Part shown: positions 24,201 to 38,516 of the stretch, piece by piece
Position numbering within the stretch: the stretch's first letter is position 1
How the letters are laid out: the number at the start of each line of letters is the position of its first letter
Assembly (NCBI RefSeq): GCF_006345805.1
Contig: NC_043001.1
Span: forward strand, 27,404,001-27,468,000
DNA length: 64,000 bases
Origin: Octopus sinensis
Lineage: Eukaryota
Reading direction: 5' to 3'
Notes under the pieces: generated by a model
The model's database searches: none
Seen by the model: the letters and a program-made list of their open reading frames with translations, nothing else
What the model was told of the DNA's origin: nothing
Made by a program: the position numbers and the translations under genes

Positions 24201-27200
24201 GCAACAGAATATTTTTTTCTTTTATATACTTTTAGCATACCCAATGTAACTGTCAAGTTATAAACCTAGGAGCAGGATATGACACAACTTTTTGGCAATT
24301 TAAAGACAAGAACCTGATCCCAAAATCTTATATTGAAGTGGATTTCCAGAGTGTGACTGCAAAGAAATGCCATTACATCAAATCTCGAAAACGTCTTCTC
24401 CAAAATTTGACTTCTGAAGGCATGTGAGCATATTCTATATTATCATTTAATCTTAATTATAATAATTTTGTCATCAACACCACTACCATCAATGTCTAAA
24501 ATATAAATCAAAAATGTAATTTTCTTCATTGGAGAGTATCAATTTGGCAGAAATCACAGATTGTTTGACCAAACAATGTTTTGATATTTGATTTCTAGCC
24601 ATCTACTTCTGTATTTAATTCCTGCCAAAGTTGACTTTCCTTTAACTCACTTGGGATCAATAAAATTATTGTACTTAATTTTGTAATTATTGTATCATTT
24701 CTGTTATTGTCACTTTTCTACCATTAGTACCAGCTCACACCATTCTATTCTCGTTGTCTAAATGATGTCCATGAACTTCTTTTAATAATCACTAGCACTA
24801 TGACCCGGCAACGCCGGGTCATAGTGCTAGTGCATATACAGCTGCATGTGTGCGAACATACACACGAGTACTGTCCAAATCTCCGACCAGTCACATACAG
24901 CTAGCTGCCATTCAATTGGCGTATCAAGTTTCGGGCGTTTTGATTGGGTTTTGGATAGAAAATTCACAAAAAAGTCACTTTTATTGATTTTTTAATGGCT
25001 TTGATGGGTGACTGGGGAAATGTAAAGATATGCACGACCACCCTTGGACAGTTTTGAATGACCATAGAAAGTGCGAGCCCTCTAACTGAAAAATTGTGGA
25101 TTTGTATAAAGGACACACACACAGACATTTTGCCATTTATATATATAGAGATTATGAATTGAGTTAATTTTTGATTAGCTTCAAGTTAATCCAACCTAAA
25201 CAGCTGCTGGGGGCTTATGTTCTATGAGATTTAGAATAATGAGGCTGTTGTTTGATTTAATATTTGGATAGACCATCACTTGAAAAGTTTCAGCTAAGAT
25301 CTGAATGAGTACTTCAAGCATCAATTTAAAAATTATAATATGTCAGTGGAGTTCTGTTGTCTGTTAAATGTGAATGTATGTGTGAGTAGAAAGGGCTGTA
25401 TGTATGTGTAGGGCTGAAATCATTACCTACCCACATCACTTACTGATGATATTGATATTGTAAGGTGGCGAGCTAGTAGAAACATTAGCATGCATGGCGA
25501 AATACTTAGCAGTATTTCATCTGCCATTACGTTCTGAGTTCAAATTCCACCGAGGTTGACTTTGTCTTTCATCGTTTCGGGGTCGATTAAATAAGTACCA
25601 GTTAATTATTGGGGGTCGATGTAATCAACTTAATCCCCTTGTTTGTCCCCTCTATGTTTAGCCCCTTGTGGGCAATAAAGAAATATTGATTGAATACTTA
25701 AGAAAACTTTGAAGAGTTGAACCCAATTATTTTGTTTGGTAAAGAAAAGATATTGATATGTTTATAGTTTTGATAATATTATCAATTTAAGCTGTTATTA
25801 CCATGGGCAATTGTAATGTTCAGGAAAATAAAAAGTAAAAGCTCCACATCTCAAAGTTTATATATTTCTGCTGTTTTGTCTTTTTTCAACTAAAAAAATA
25901 GCTTTTTTGCTTTTAATTGGAAGTTTGCTATACTCCAAATATTATTCCTTTCCATGCTTACTGAAAAAAAGCTCCATAAAATTGATGGTAATGAAGATGG
26001 TGGTGGTGAGCTCTGATGCATTTAAAACATTTTTGCCCTGAAAAAGTGACCATTATTATTGTTATTGTTTGAGATTATTAGTTTTCAACTTTTATATAAC
26101 CATTGCCCAATCTATTTTCAAATCATCTCCTGCACACAAAAATATGCTAAAAGGTCATTCTGCCTTCCGTCCACTGACGTACATCAACGTTAGATTTTCT
26201 TATAGAACTTTATTTTTGTCACTCAAGGATTTTAAACCAATAAAAATAGATTCCCCAGAAATCTCAGCATCAGTGTATTTCATAAATCTCTTTGCAATTT
26301 AGTTATCATTTAAATAACATAAATATACCATTAGAAGAGACTTGAGTTGTTACTGACAACTGTAGACTCATCAACTGAAATTGGGAAATTAGTTTTTTTC
26401 TGGGTTTTTTTCCTCTGTCTTTCAGTTATTTATTATTCAACATTCACAGGCATAAAGCGACGAGCTGGCAGAAACATTAGCACACTGGGCGAAATGCTTA
26501 GCAGTATTTCATTTGTTTTTACATTCCGAATTCAAATTCCGCCAAGTTTGACTTTGCGTTTCATCCTTTCGGAGTCAATAAACTAAGTGCCAGTTGCATA
26601 CTGGGGTTGATCTAATTGACTGGCCCCCTCCCCAAAAATGTTGGGCCTTGTGCCTAGAGTAGAAAGGAATATTCACAAGCATTTCATTAATTTCCTTCAA
26701 ATTGAATTTTCAGTTAATGGTCAACCTTTCAAGATATCTAAAGGGTCTTTCCATGCATCACATTTGAAATACCCATTTCTCATATAGGTTTAATGACAGT
26801 CTTAGTAACCTTATTTATAACAACACTGGTATCACTTAATTTGGTATATCTCTTTAAATAATAATAATAATAATAATGAAATTATTGTATACAGTGCTCA
26901 GGTGCACCACAACTTGTCAGAAAGTGCGTATAAAGTGTATGCAGTAATGTACAAATGTCTGGAAAGCGAACAATGTACGAGTCAGATACATACTTGTGTG
27001 TGTATGGAGGGGAGAAAATCAGGTGTAGTGTTGGCAAATCTCAGAAAGCATGGAAGTTTTGAAGGATGCAGTGCTCCGACAACTAACAACTGATGCCGGC
27101 AGTTTGTTCCATACTTCAACAACTCTCAGCGTGAAAAAATGTTTCCTAAAGTCATGGGAGCTGTGCTGTTTTCTGACTTTGTAAATATGTCCACGAGTGT

Positions 27201-30200
27201 TAGACGGGTGGAGTTTGAAAAGGCGCTCAGAGTTATTGTTTTACAAAATAGATTCCCCAGTAGTCTCAATATTAATGTATTTCATAATTCTCCTTTCAAT
27301 CTAGTTATCATTTAAATAACATGTATGCCGTTAGAAGAGAGTTGAGTTGTTACTGACAACTGTGGACATATCAACTGGAATTGGAGAATTAGTTTTTTTC
27401 TGGGTTTTTTTTTTCCTGTCTTTCAATTAGTCATTGTTCAATATTCACAGGCATTTCATTGATTTCCTTCAAATTGAATTTTCATCTGATCGTCAACCTT
27501 TCAAGATATCTGAAGAGTCTTCATGCATTACATTCGAAATACCCATTTCTCATATAGGCTTAAAGATCATCCAAGTAACCTTATATATTACAACACTTGC
27601 TTCACCTAATTTGGTATATCTATTTACAAAATATGTAAGTTGGGGATGAGGCTTGAAACCGGTTTTAATTTTTTTAAAATAGGCTTTATGTAGATACTTC
27701 CTTTTTAAATGATCAAGAAGCCTTGCCAGTTTTAAAGCTTTATTCAAAAGAGTACTATTACATGAAAGGCACAGTTTTTATGGATTGCAAAAGGGCTTTT
27801 AATAAAATCAAAAGATAGATGTTCACTGCAGTACTAACAATACTTTTCTTTGTCTCACTTCACAAGCCTTATGATTAGAACTTTGGATTGAAGATCACAA
27901 GTTCATAGTTTCATTTTCTAGATTAGGCATTGCATTGTGCTCTTGAGTAAGACATTTCATTTCGCATTGTTCCAGTCTACCAGATAGGAGTAAGTGAAAC
28001 CCTCCCTCTTTTTCTCTTGTTGTTGCAACCTGAATGTTCTGTTGGGTCAAGGGTGAGGGGCTGCCAGGTTGTCTGTATTTGCTCACCACTCTTCAGGTAC
28101 ATAAAGCAATAAGGAAAAGTGTGGTGCATGTTACCAAGCAATATTTGCTTACAAATGATGGAGGGCTGTACTGAGCATTATGTAATTATATTCAGAAATT
28201 GACAAACATAAAATGCAATAAGCATCTGCAATTTTTGCCATTTTGACTCAATCTACAATTAGAATAATGAAACCAGGTGTAAAAGCCTAATAATTGTGTT
28301 TTCAATTTTGTTAAAGTGCTAAGGCACTAGTTTGGTGGCTAAAATACACCAAAAACACACTAAAAGTAATGACAATCTTATCATTTTCATAACACAAGCT
28401 GTAATTTTAAGTGAAAGTAGCTTCATTCCTGAGAAGTAGGTCAATCTTGCATCCTCTGTCTTGCAATGTTATCAAAGAAAAATAGTATTAATACATGTGT
28501 TTAGCATCCCTTATTTATGATTTTTTATCATATAAGAAAGAGAACATTTAAAACTGTATTTTAGCCTTAACAAGCACAAGAACCAATTGTGGGATCAAAT
28601 TAAGTATCCAGAGAATTAACAATGAAGTCATTAACTCTGAACTCAAGCCTAGTTTTTGGATTCATTTTATGGATACTTTGGCATGTGTCATCAGTGATGT
28701 TTCAAGGGTTTCATGTCCTTCAAAATCAGACTATCACCTAGTGGACCCAGCTTGCATCCCAGGAGTGGCAGACAACTGGTCTGCCCTCCTTATCCAAAGC
28801 CTCTTAATGACCTTCTCTGCAGCTTCAGTGATGGAATTTATTGCACTCATCTTTTTGTTGCACCAGTAATTCCAAGCCCAGTCAGAGCCTTGCTGAATGA
28901 ACTCCCAACAAAACCATGGCAGCCCACTTCCTTTGTCTTGCAGTGTGCCTCCCAGCCTTGATTTCTGCACTGCTCTACCATCTCCTGGTATTCAGCAAGC
29001 TTCCTCTCACGAGTCTCCCTGTTTGAGTTCCTCCCTAAGCATAGTCAGTTCCCTCATCATCATTTGCTAGGTGGAGTTTTGAGATCACTATATCTGGTCT
29101 GAGTGTTGATGGAATTATATGATCTGAGAACCTAACTGTTCCATGAGATCTACTCTCAGCTGCCTGGCTGGGGCTATGCAAAGTATGTTGATCATTAAAG
29201 TTTCCATGAACTGGACATTTCTTCAGCTCTCAGAAAACTGATAGTGCCTTTTCTTGGATGGTATTTACTGCACATTGCCAACTGCATTTGTTACTGAGTG
29301 TGTTCTTGTATATATGGAGACTAACCATTCAAATAATTTGATCAAATGGATTGCTGACAACTTCTAAACTGCCTTTTTCATTAACTATGAACAGATAAAA
29401 CATTTGACTGAAACCCCTCTTTAATTAATATTATCAAATTAAAAAAGAATCAGATTTCAAACAGTATCATCTCTGCAACTGCCCTGAGCACCTGAATATA
29501 AAAATTAAGAAATACTATGGCACTAAAAAATACTAAATAATAGTACAAAAAAATAACATCCATTTATGCTTATTATTAGATAAGGGGTGAGCATTGTATG
29601 CATTATCATCATCATTAAACCACTTTATAATGCTTTTGATGACAACCTGTCTCCTTGTATTTCTCATTGATTAATTCCCTCTAAAATAATCAACAGATTA
29701 TGACACTCTAAAAAATGTTTCAAATTATGAGAAATTTGAAAATAATTTACTTTTAATCATTGCTTGCATAAATTTTCATCTTCTTTTAGTCAAATTTTCT
29801 CCCATTTTGGACTCAGAATTTCATTTTTGCTCCCAGATGTTTTAGTTAGTTGACAACAGATTGTTCATTATGAAAAGCAAAATTTCTCTAAGCTCATAGG
29901 TATTTGCTTTTATCACTGCTTACTTCATAATATAAAGATGGTGGTGGTGGCAGTGGTGGTGGTGGGGTTTTTTTTGTTTTGTTTTTCACACATTTTTCAG
30001 TGCTATTTCATATTTGTGTAGTAGTAGTAGTAGTCATGTGATGTTGACGTTGCATAAATAAAAGCTCTTCATTTAATTTCAGATGGTGAAATCAAATTTG
30101 ATCATTATGATCTTCATAGTGATATTTATCATTTAATTGGTGCTGACCTTCGGAATGTGAATGAGTTAGAAGCCAAACTGAAGTCTTGTAATGTTGACTA

Positions 30201-33200
30201 CACGTTGCCAACTGTATTTGTTACCGAGTGTGTTCTTGTATATATGGAGACTAACCATTCAAATAATTTGATCAAATGGATTGCTGACAACTTCCAAACT
30301 GCCTTTTTCATTAACTATGAACAGGTAAAACATTTGGGTGAAATCCCTCTTTAATTAATATTATCAAATTAAAAAAGAATCAGATTTCAAACACTAATTT
30401 GTTGTTAATATTTCATCTTCTCCAATAATTAATGCATTATGTACCTGACTCAATGATTTTGTGATGCATTTAGTCTTTGTTCTAAAAATTTATAGCCACC
30501 ATGTAGCTTAATTATATGATATAATATAAGTTTATTTTCTCTCTTACATGTTATTTACTAAATCTTACCAGTAGCCACAACTGATTTAGCTATAATTTTG
30601 TATGTACATCAGTAGTAACACACTAAATATAGTGAGCTAAATCAATAGCTTAACAATTAATTCTGGTCAATCCCAAAAGTTGAAATAATTTAAAATGGAA
30701 TGCATTCAAGAGTGATTTTGATCTTTAATGTAATACTTAGCTATTTTTTCTCAAAACACTTCCATAATTCTATATGATGACCTTTAACCAGAGATTTGTC
30801 TGGTAATTAATTCAATTAGAGGCGCAGTTTTTTGAGTCAAGAAAGTTTAGTTTGGCAGCTAAAAAGCTAATGGTTTGTATCCTATCACCAGTACTGTGTT
30901 GTGGCATTGATCTAGGCTCTTTAATTTCATGGCTCAGTCCATCTAGCTGTAAACAGGTACCACAAGAATGTACAGTGTAGTATATAATTATTAAGGTTTT
31001 TGATAGATTATGAATGATTTCAAATCTTAGGATTCTAGGAATGTTGACTTTTTTCTTCACCCTTTCAGGGTCAATGAAATATGTACCAGTCAAGTACTGG
31101 GGGCAATATAATTGACTGACCCCTCCCCCAAAATTTCAAGCCTTGTGCCTATAGTTGAAAGAATTACAGTGCATACTCATGTCTCTGGAGACAGTAACCA
31201 GTGATTCATAATTTAATATCTATGAAAACAATTACATAATTTAGAATTTCTAGAAACATTTCATTAATCTAGCTGCCAGTGTTGATTAAAATGAATTAAT
31301 CTCAGAGTGATATAATTCAGTAATATACAATGTAGAATGTACTTGTATTTTTCATTCTGCTTTTAGGTTCATATGAATGATAAATTTGGTCAGATTATGA
31401 TCTGTAATCTGAAAGCTCGTCAATGTGATTTGCCTGGTGTAAGTGCTTGTACAGATTTCCAGTCCCAAACTCAAAGGTAACTTTTCAACTTTTTTATTGT
31501 TTTATCAGAAGTTTTCCACAGAAGGCATTAACCTAGAACTGTTGAAGTTGACCATCAACCACAGTGAACTAACTACTCCAGGAAGGCCTGCAAAATTCAT
31601 AGAATGATTAAGTCGATTACATCAACCCCAGTGCATAGCTGGTACTTAATTTACCAACGCCGAAAGGATGAAAGGCAAAGTCGACCTCGACAGAATTTGA
31701 ATTCAGAACGTAACGGCAGATGAAATACCGCTAAGTATTTTGCCCGGCGTGCTAACGTTTCTGCCAGCTCGCCGCCTTAATCTTATTCTTCAAATCATGG
31801 TTGTTGTACTCCAGCTTCATTTAAACTAACCCACTGCAATAACTTTGCTGTTCTTAGTCACTCATACACTGCCTCTTTTTTGCGAAACCACATATTATAT
31901 ATTATTCTCCATTCTTTGGACTATCTCATCTTGTTCCTCTATTATATTTTCACATTGGCCTAACATGCAATTTTCCAGGCTCTATATCAACAAAAAATAA
32001 TCTGTAGGTGCAGGAGTGACTGTGTAGTAAGAAGCTTGCTTCCCAACCACATGGTTCCAGGTTCAGTCCCACTGCATGGCATCTTAGGCAAGTATCTTCT
32101 ACTATAGCCTTGTGCTGACCAAAGCCTTGTGAGTGGACTTGGTAGATGGAAACTGAAAGAAACCTGTTGTATATATATAAAAGCACCAACTGATCGTGGC
32201 CGTTTGCCGGCCTCCTCTGGCCCCTGTACCAGTGGCACATAAAAAGCACCCACTACATTCACGGAGTGGTTGGCATTAGGATGGGCATCCAGCTGTTGTA
32301 ACACTGCCAGATCAGACCAGAGCCTGGTGCAGCCTCCTGGCTTCCCAGACCCAGGTCGAACCGTCCAACCCATGCTAGCATGGAAAACAGACATTAAACG
32401 ATGATGATGATGATGATGATGATATATATGGTGTATTTGTGTGTCTGTGTTTCTCCCCCCACCATCACTTAACAACCAATGTTGTCGTGTTTATATCCCC
32501 ATAACTTAACAGTTTGGCCTAAGAGACTGATAAAATAAGTACTAGGCCTACAAAGAATAAGTTCTGGGGTTGATTTGTTCGACTAAAGGCAGTGCTCCAG
32601 CATGGCCGCAGTCAAATTACTGAAAGAAATAAAAGAATAAAAGAATAGTTTCTCATTTTTCTGATCTTCCTTGTACAAATAAAAACTAGTTCTAAAAAAA
32701 TCTGGTTGAAGTTAGTACAAAAAAATGAGCATTTATAAGTCTATTCTTACTAACCTATACACTTTTCATCTTTTGTACTACAACGGCAATTTTGCTTAAA
32801 TGAATGGATTATTTTTTTGTCCAAAACTGCATTAATTTCAAATGTTGAGTTTAGCACTGTGCGCTAATGAAGCATTCATCAATTATACAATGTCTCACAG
32901 TTCACAGCAGTGTATTGTACTTCTGTTTGGAGCCCTACTTATAATACAACATTTAAAAGTATATATCTCTGCCAATGGCACAGTGCCACTTGTTCAATAA
33001 AAATCAAGAAGCAATTAGCTAGTGGACTGACAATTCAACCACTTTGTATGACAAAGCAAGACATTAAGAATTCATATTAATAAATTATTAATCATTTATT
33101 AACAATGGATATAATTTTTTACATTACATTTTATCTCGTGTTTTCTTTCAGTTTTAATGTTTTTTCAACTCTGTATTGTTGTCCTTCAGTAACAGAAAAC

Positions 33201-36200
33201 AAGTTCAGTCTGTATTAGAATTTGAGATAATATAACCTGCTTAAAATGTACTAGCATCTCATTCTTCTGCCAAATTCCCTCTCTCTCTCCCTCTCTCACT
33301 CCCCCTCTCTCACTCCCTCTCTCTTCTTCTTCTTCTTACTACTACTGCTGCTGCTATTATTATTATTATTATCATTATTATTATTATCTCTATATATATA
33401 TAAATGGCAAAATGTCTGTCTGTGTGTATATATCCTTTATACAAATCCACAATTTTTCAGTTAGAGGGCTCGCACTTTCTATGGTCATTCAAAACTGTCC
33501 AAGGGTGGTCGTGCACATCTTTACATTTTCCCAGTCACCCCGCAAAGCCATTAAAAAAATCAATAGAAGTGACTTTTTTGTGAATTTTCTATCCAAAACC
33601 CAATCAAAATGCCCGAAACTTGATACGCCAATTGAATGCCAGCTAGTTGTATGTGATTGGTCGGAGATTTGGACAGTACTCGCGTATATGTGCACACGCA
33701 CGCAGCTGTATATGCATGCACTAACATGCATATACAGCTGCTAGTTATTATTATTACCAGAATTAAATTTGATTACCAACACAATGACTTGGTTAATTTG
33801 TTTGTGTCAAGGTAACTCTAGGCATTTGTGCAGACAAGTATTTATAGACATGTGCTTCTAGAGAAGCCAAATGAAAAACGTTTGAAAAATGCTTCATAAA
33901 TCTTCATTATATCATTATACCACTGATTGAGCAGATATTTAGGATGTTAATAGTTTTTTTTCTCTTGAGAATCTCATCAAGGTTTCTACATAAATCTTGT
34001 TACATAATCAAGTCAGTAATGATGGTTCATTATTTATGACAATTTTTAGGTGAGTGTGTTAAATTATAAGGCACAAAAAGAAAATGACTCTCCCCAGACA
34101 CAACAGAATTTAGCTAAAAAGCTGTATATTTTGCAATAATTCACTGTAGACCTTAAATTTTCTCTGCCCTTTAAGACAAGATATATTCACATTTGCTTGG
34201 CAGCTGATCCCTAAAATAGTTCATTGATTTTATTAAATGTCCCAGAGAACAATATTAGTTCAGCTGTGATTGAACACATTGTTGTTTTTATTGAAATGTT
34301 ACATAAATATGTGTTTTTAAATGCTTAGATGTATTCTCTTTCTGTGATGATCTTCGTTTGTATAAAGATGTTTCATACAGTTTCTGTCACAAATTCATGT
34401 TTCATTAGATTGAAGTATCTCATGGGCATTCTTGAGCAACAATTGATGTTTTCTACACTAGTATGGTGTAGCGTGGTGGGGTCTGCAAGTGTCTTTATCT
34501 CTTATACATGTATGTGCATGTGTAGATATACATCTATGTAAAAAAAAATCTGTTGTGATAAATAACATACACACAAATACTCTATGTCTCTCTGTCGCAT
34601 TCTAACCTTTTTATCATCTGACACAAGATCACCTCCTCCCATGCCCCTCCCTCCCAAAGGTTCTTTGTCCTGCAAGTTATGTAAAAAGCACTCAATCCTA
34701 TCTGCATGGTGATTGGTGTTAGAAAGGGCATCCAGCCATAAAAAAACCATGCCACAACAGACACAGAAGTTTGGTGCAGTCCTCTGCCTGTCCAGCTTCT
34801 GTCAAACCATCCAACCCATGCCAACATGGAAGGCGGATGTTAAACAATCCTGATTATGATGACTCACAGATAAAAACAAGAATGCTTACACAAGCATTAT
34901 TTATATAAAGTCATATATCATCATCATCATCATCATTTAACATTCCTTTTTCCATGCTGGCATGGGTTGGACGGTTTGACAGGAACCAAATAGCCAGAGA
35001 GCTGTACCACAGAGCTTAAATGTCTGCTTTTCATGATTCCTATGGCTGGATGCCCTTTCTAATACAAACTTCTTTAAAGAGTGTACTGGGCGCTTTTTTT
35101 CATGGCACCAGCATTAGTGAGTTGATGAAGTACTTACAAGACAAGACCCCCTCAACAGAGTGGACTATACTTTTGAAAAATGTAAAAGTATGAAAGAAGG
35201 ACAGGAGTTTGTGTCTTGCTGAAGAGGTGAAAATATGCCTTTCCCAGTTGGAAAGAGAGAGGGAGAAAGAGGGTTAATGAAGATATATCCTAAAGCAGGC
35301 CTGTCCAACTTAATTATATTGCAGGCCACTTTAATCACAGAAAGTTTTCTGAGGGCCACTTGTATACTTCATGCCCTAATAATCAAATAATCAAATTACA
35401 GAATCAAGAATTTTTCAAACTTTTCATTTGTTTAAATTTATAAAATTGTAAGCTATTGTTTTATTGCCACTTATAAATTTTAAATTTATTTTGAAACATG
35501 TTTTACACAAGCAATTTTATTTTGAAATTAAACACAATACTTTGAGAAAGTATCATGCTGACCACTAGATAAAAGCCTCAGGTTGGCCAACCTTGTCCTA
35601 AAGATACAAGGTGTATATGAGTGAAAGAATAAGGGAAAAGGAACAAAAAAACGGTGATTGTAGACAGGTGTTGGCATGTGAAAAGAGCATAGTGGATGAT
35701 GGGGATTGTGGTGGGAATTGAGGTGGACACAGTGAATATCAGTCTGGGAGAGGAGAAAATAATGGAAAGGAAATAGGAGTGGGTCAGGAAGGGGGGAGTG
35801 ATAAGGGACAGTAGTAGGGATATAATGTGAAGTGTAAGGAGATAAATGGTATTATTTATAGCACCTGAGTGAGAAGTATTGTAGTTAGAAGATTTGGTGG
35901 AAGGATAGGTGTTAAAAAATAAGGTGTTGGGGAAGGCTTCACAAAACCTCTTTTGTACTTAACCACACAGACATTTTTGTACCTATAGATGATATAGTTT
36001 GTTATCAAAAAACAAAAAGAAAAAAGGACCAAAGGCCTATCCTGAGCCACGGACTCATAACACTGGTTTCCCAGATTCCATAGTGTGTAAATTCCTCCAC
36101 TGGATAAGACACCAGCCCTCCATCAGATTACTCGTTTTTTCCAGCTGAGTGCAGTGTGCAATGAAGTTTTTTGTTCAAGAATACGATGCATTACCTGGTC

Positions 36201-36965
36201 TTGAAATGCATTAGCAGGAATTGAAACCTCAATCTTAAGATTATGAGTGCAACACCCTAACCTCTATGCAATGTGCCTCCACCTAGTTTGTTATAAGGTT
36301 CTACAATACTTGTTTCCTCAATAATTCTTGTGTCTCTTGCAAGAATTCAAACAGGGTTCAGTAATTAAGTTTCTGGTAAACTGTGTAATCCAGTTTTGCT
36401 TCTTGATTGCAATTAATATCATTTTACTTACATCAGCAATAGCCTTGGGAGAAAAGCATGAACATCTCACAATTAATTTACCATTTCCTATCAAACTATG
36501 GAGGAAATTGTTATTTCTTTTCTTGTGTTATTCACCAGGCACTGGATGTAATTAAACAGCTAATTTACTAATTATAATCTGTTGCCTTAGATTCTTGACA
36601 AATGGCTGGGAAGTTGCTGACATGGTAGAAATGACTCATGTTTACGCTAGTTTGCCACAAGCGGATGTTCAGAGGTAAGTTTACCTGTCTCTTTCATTGT
36701 CGTTAGCTGGAGTCGACATTTATATCTAAAACATTGTTGGCTGTTGTCTGTTGGTTAATTAACACATTTTAGGACTTCCATTTGAATACTGTTCTAATTT
36801 TAGAACTTTCAACTGAATGCTCTTGCAAGGAGATTAACACTGCTAGCTTTATCTGCTGATATTTCACTACCTTAAAAGGGATTCTTTTCAGATTTAAAGG
36901 AATGAACATTATTGCATACGTGATATAACGCACGCATACACTCACTCACTCACTCACTATATATG

Positions 36966-37002
<37 letters not shown>

Positions 37003-37008
37003 ATATAC

Positions 37009-37071
<63 letters not shown>

Positions 37072-37330
37072 ATATATATATATACAATTGCAGTGTGGAA
37101 GGTGTTTATAAGCCATTTAAGAAACACAGAAAAATTCGTTAGATTCACTTCAACATTTAAATTTATTTGTCAAAATATTTTCGTCGCTTTGAGGCCGCGA
37201 CCTGTTCACTGACAAAATCCTGTGCTGCATCTCTGTGCAGCATGGAATTTTGTCAGTGAATAGCTCAGTGAACAGATCGTTCCAGCACACAATCTCAGAT
37301 CAGGTCACTTGCTATGCAAGTACATCTCCG

Positions 37331-37370
<40 letters not shown>

Positions 37371-37455
37371 TATATATATACATACATATGTGTGTGTGTA
37401 TGTACATATATATATATTTATGTATATATATCTATATATATATATATATTATATA

Positions 37456-37494
<39 letters not shown>

Positions 37495-37661
37495 TATATA
37501 TATATGTATGTATAATATATATATATATATATATGTATGTATATATATATGTATGTATATAATATGTATGTATATATATATGTATATATTATATGTATGT
37601 ATATATATATGATGTATATATATATGTATGTATATATATATGTATGTATTATATATGTATG

Positions 37662-37701
<40 letters not shown>

Positions 37702-37738
37702 TGTATGTATAATATATGTATATGTATATATATGTATG

Positions 37739-37777
<39 letters not shown>

Positions 37778-38172
37778 CTATATATATATTTATGTATATA
37801 TATATGTATATATATATATGTATATATATATGTATGTATATATATTATGTATATATATGTATGTATATATATATGTATGTATATATATATATGTGTGTGT
37901 GTGTGTATATATATATATACAATTGCAGTGTGGAAGGTGTTTATAAGCCATTTAAGAAACACAGAAAAATTCGTTAGATTCACTTCAACATTTAAATTTA
38001 ATTTGTCAAAATATTTTCGTCGCTTTGAGGCCGCGACCTGTTCACTGACAAAATCCTGTGCTGCATCTCTGTGCAGCATGGAATTTTGTCAGTGAATAGC
38101 TCAGTGAACAGATCGTTCCAGCACACAATCTCAGATCAGGTCACTTGCTATGCAAGTACATCTCCGTAATAT

Positions 38173-38218
<46 letters not shown>

Positions 38219-38476
38219 ATACATACATATGTGTGTGTGTATGTACATATATATATATTTATGTATATATATATATCTATATATATATTATATATATATG
38301 TATATATATATATATATATGTATGTATATATATATGTATGTATATATATATATGTATATATATATATGTATGTATATATGTATGTATATATATATGTATA
38401 TATATATGTATATATATATGTATGTATATATATATGTATATATATATGTATATATATATGTATGTATATATATATG

Positions 38477-38516
<40 letters not shown>

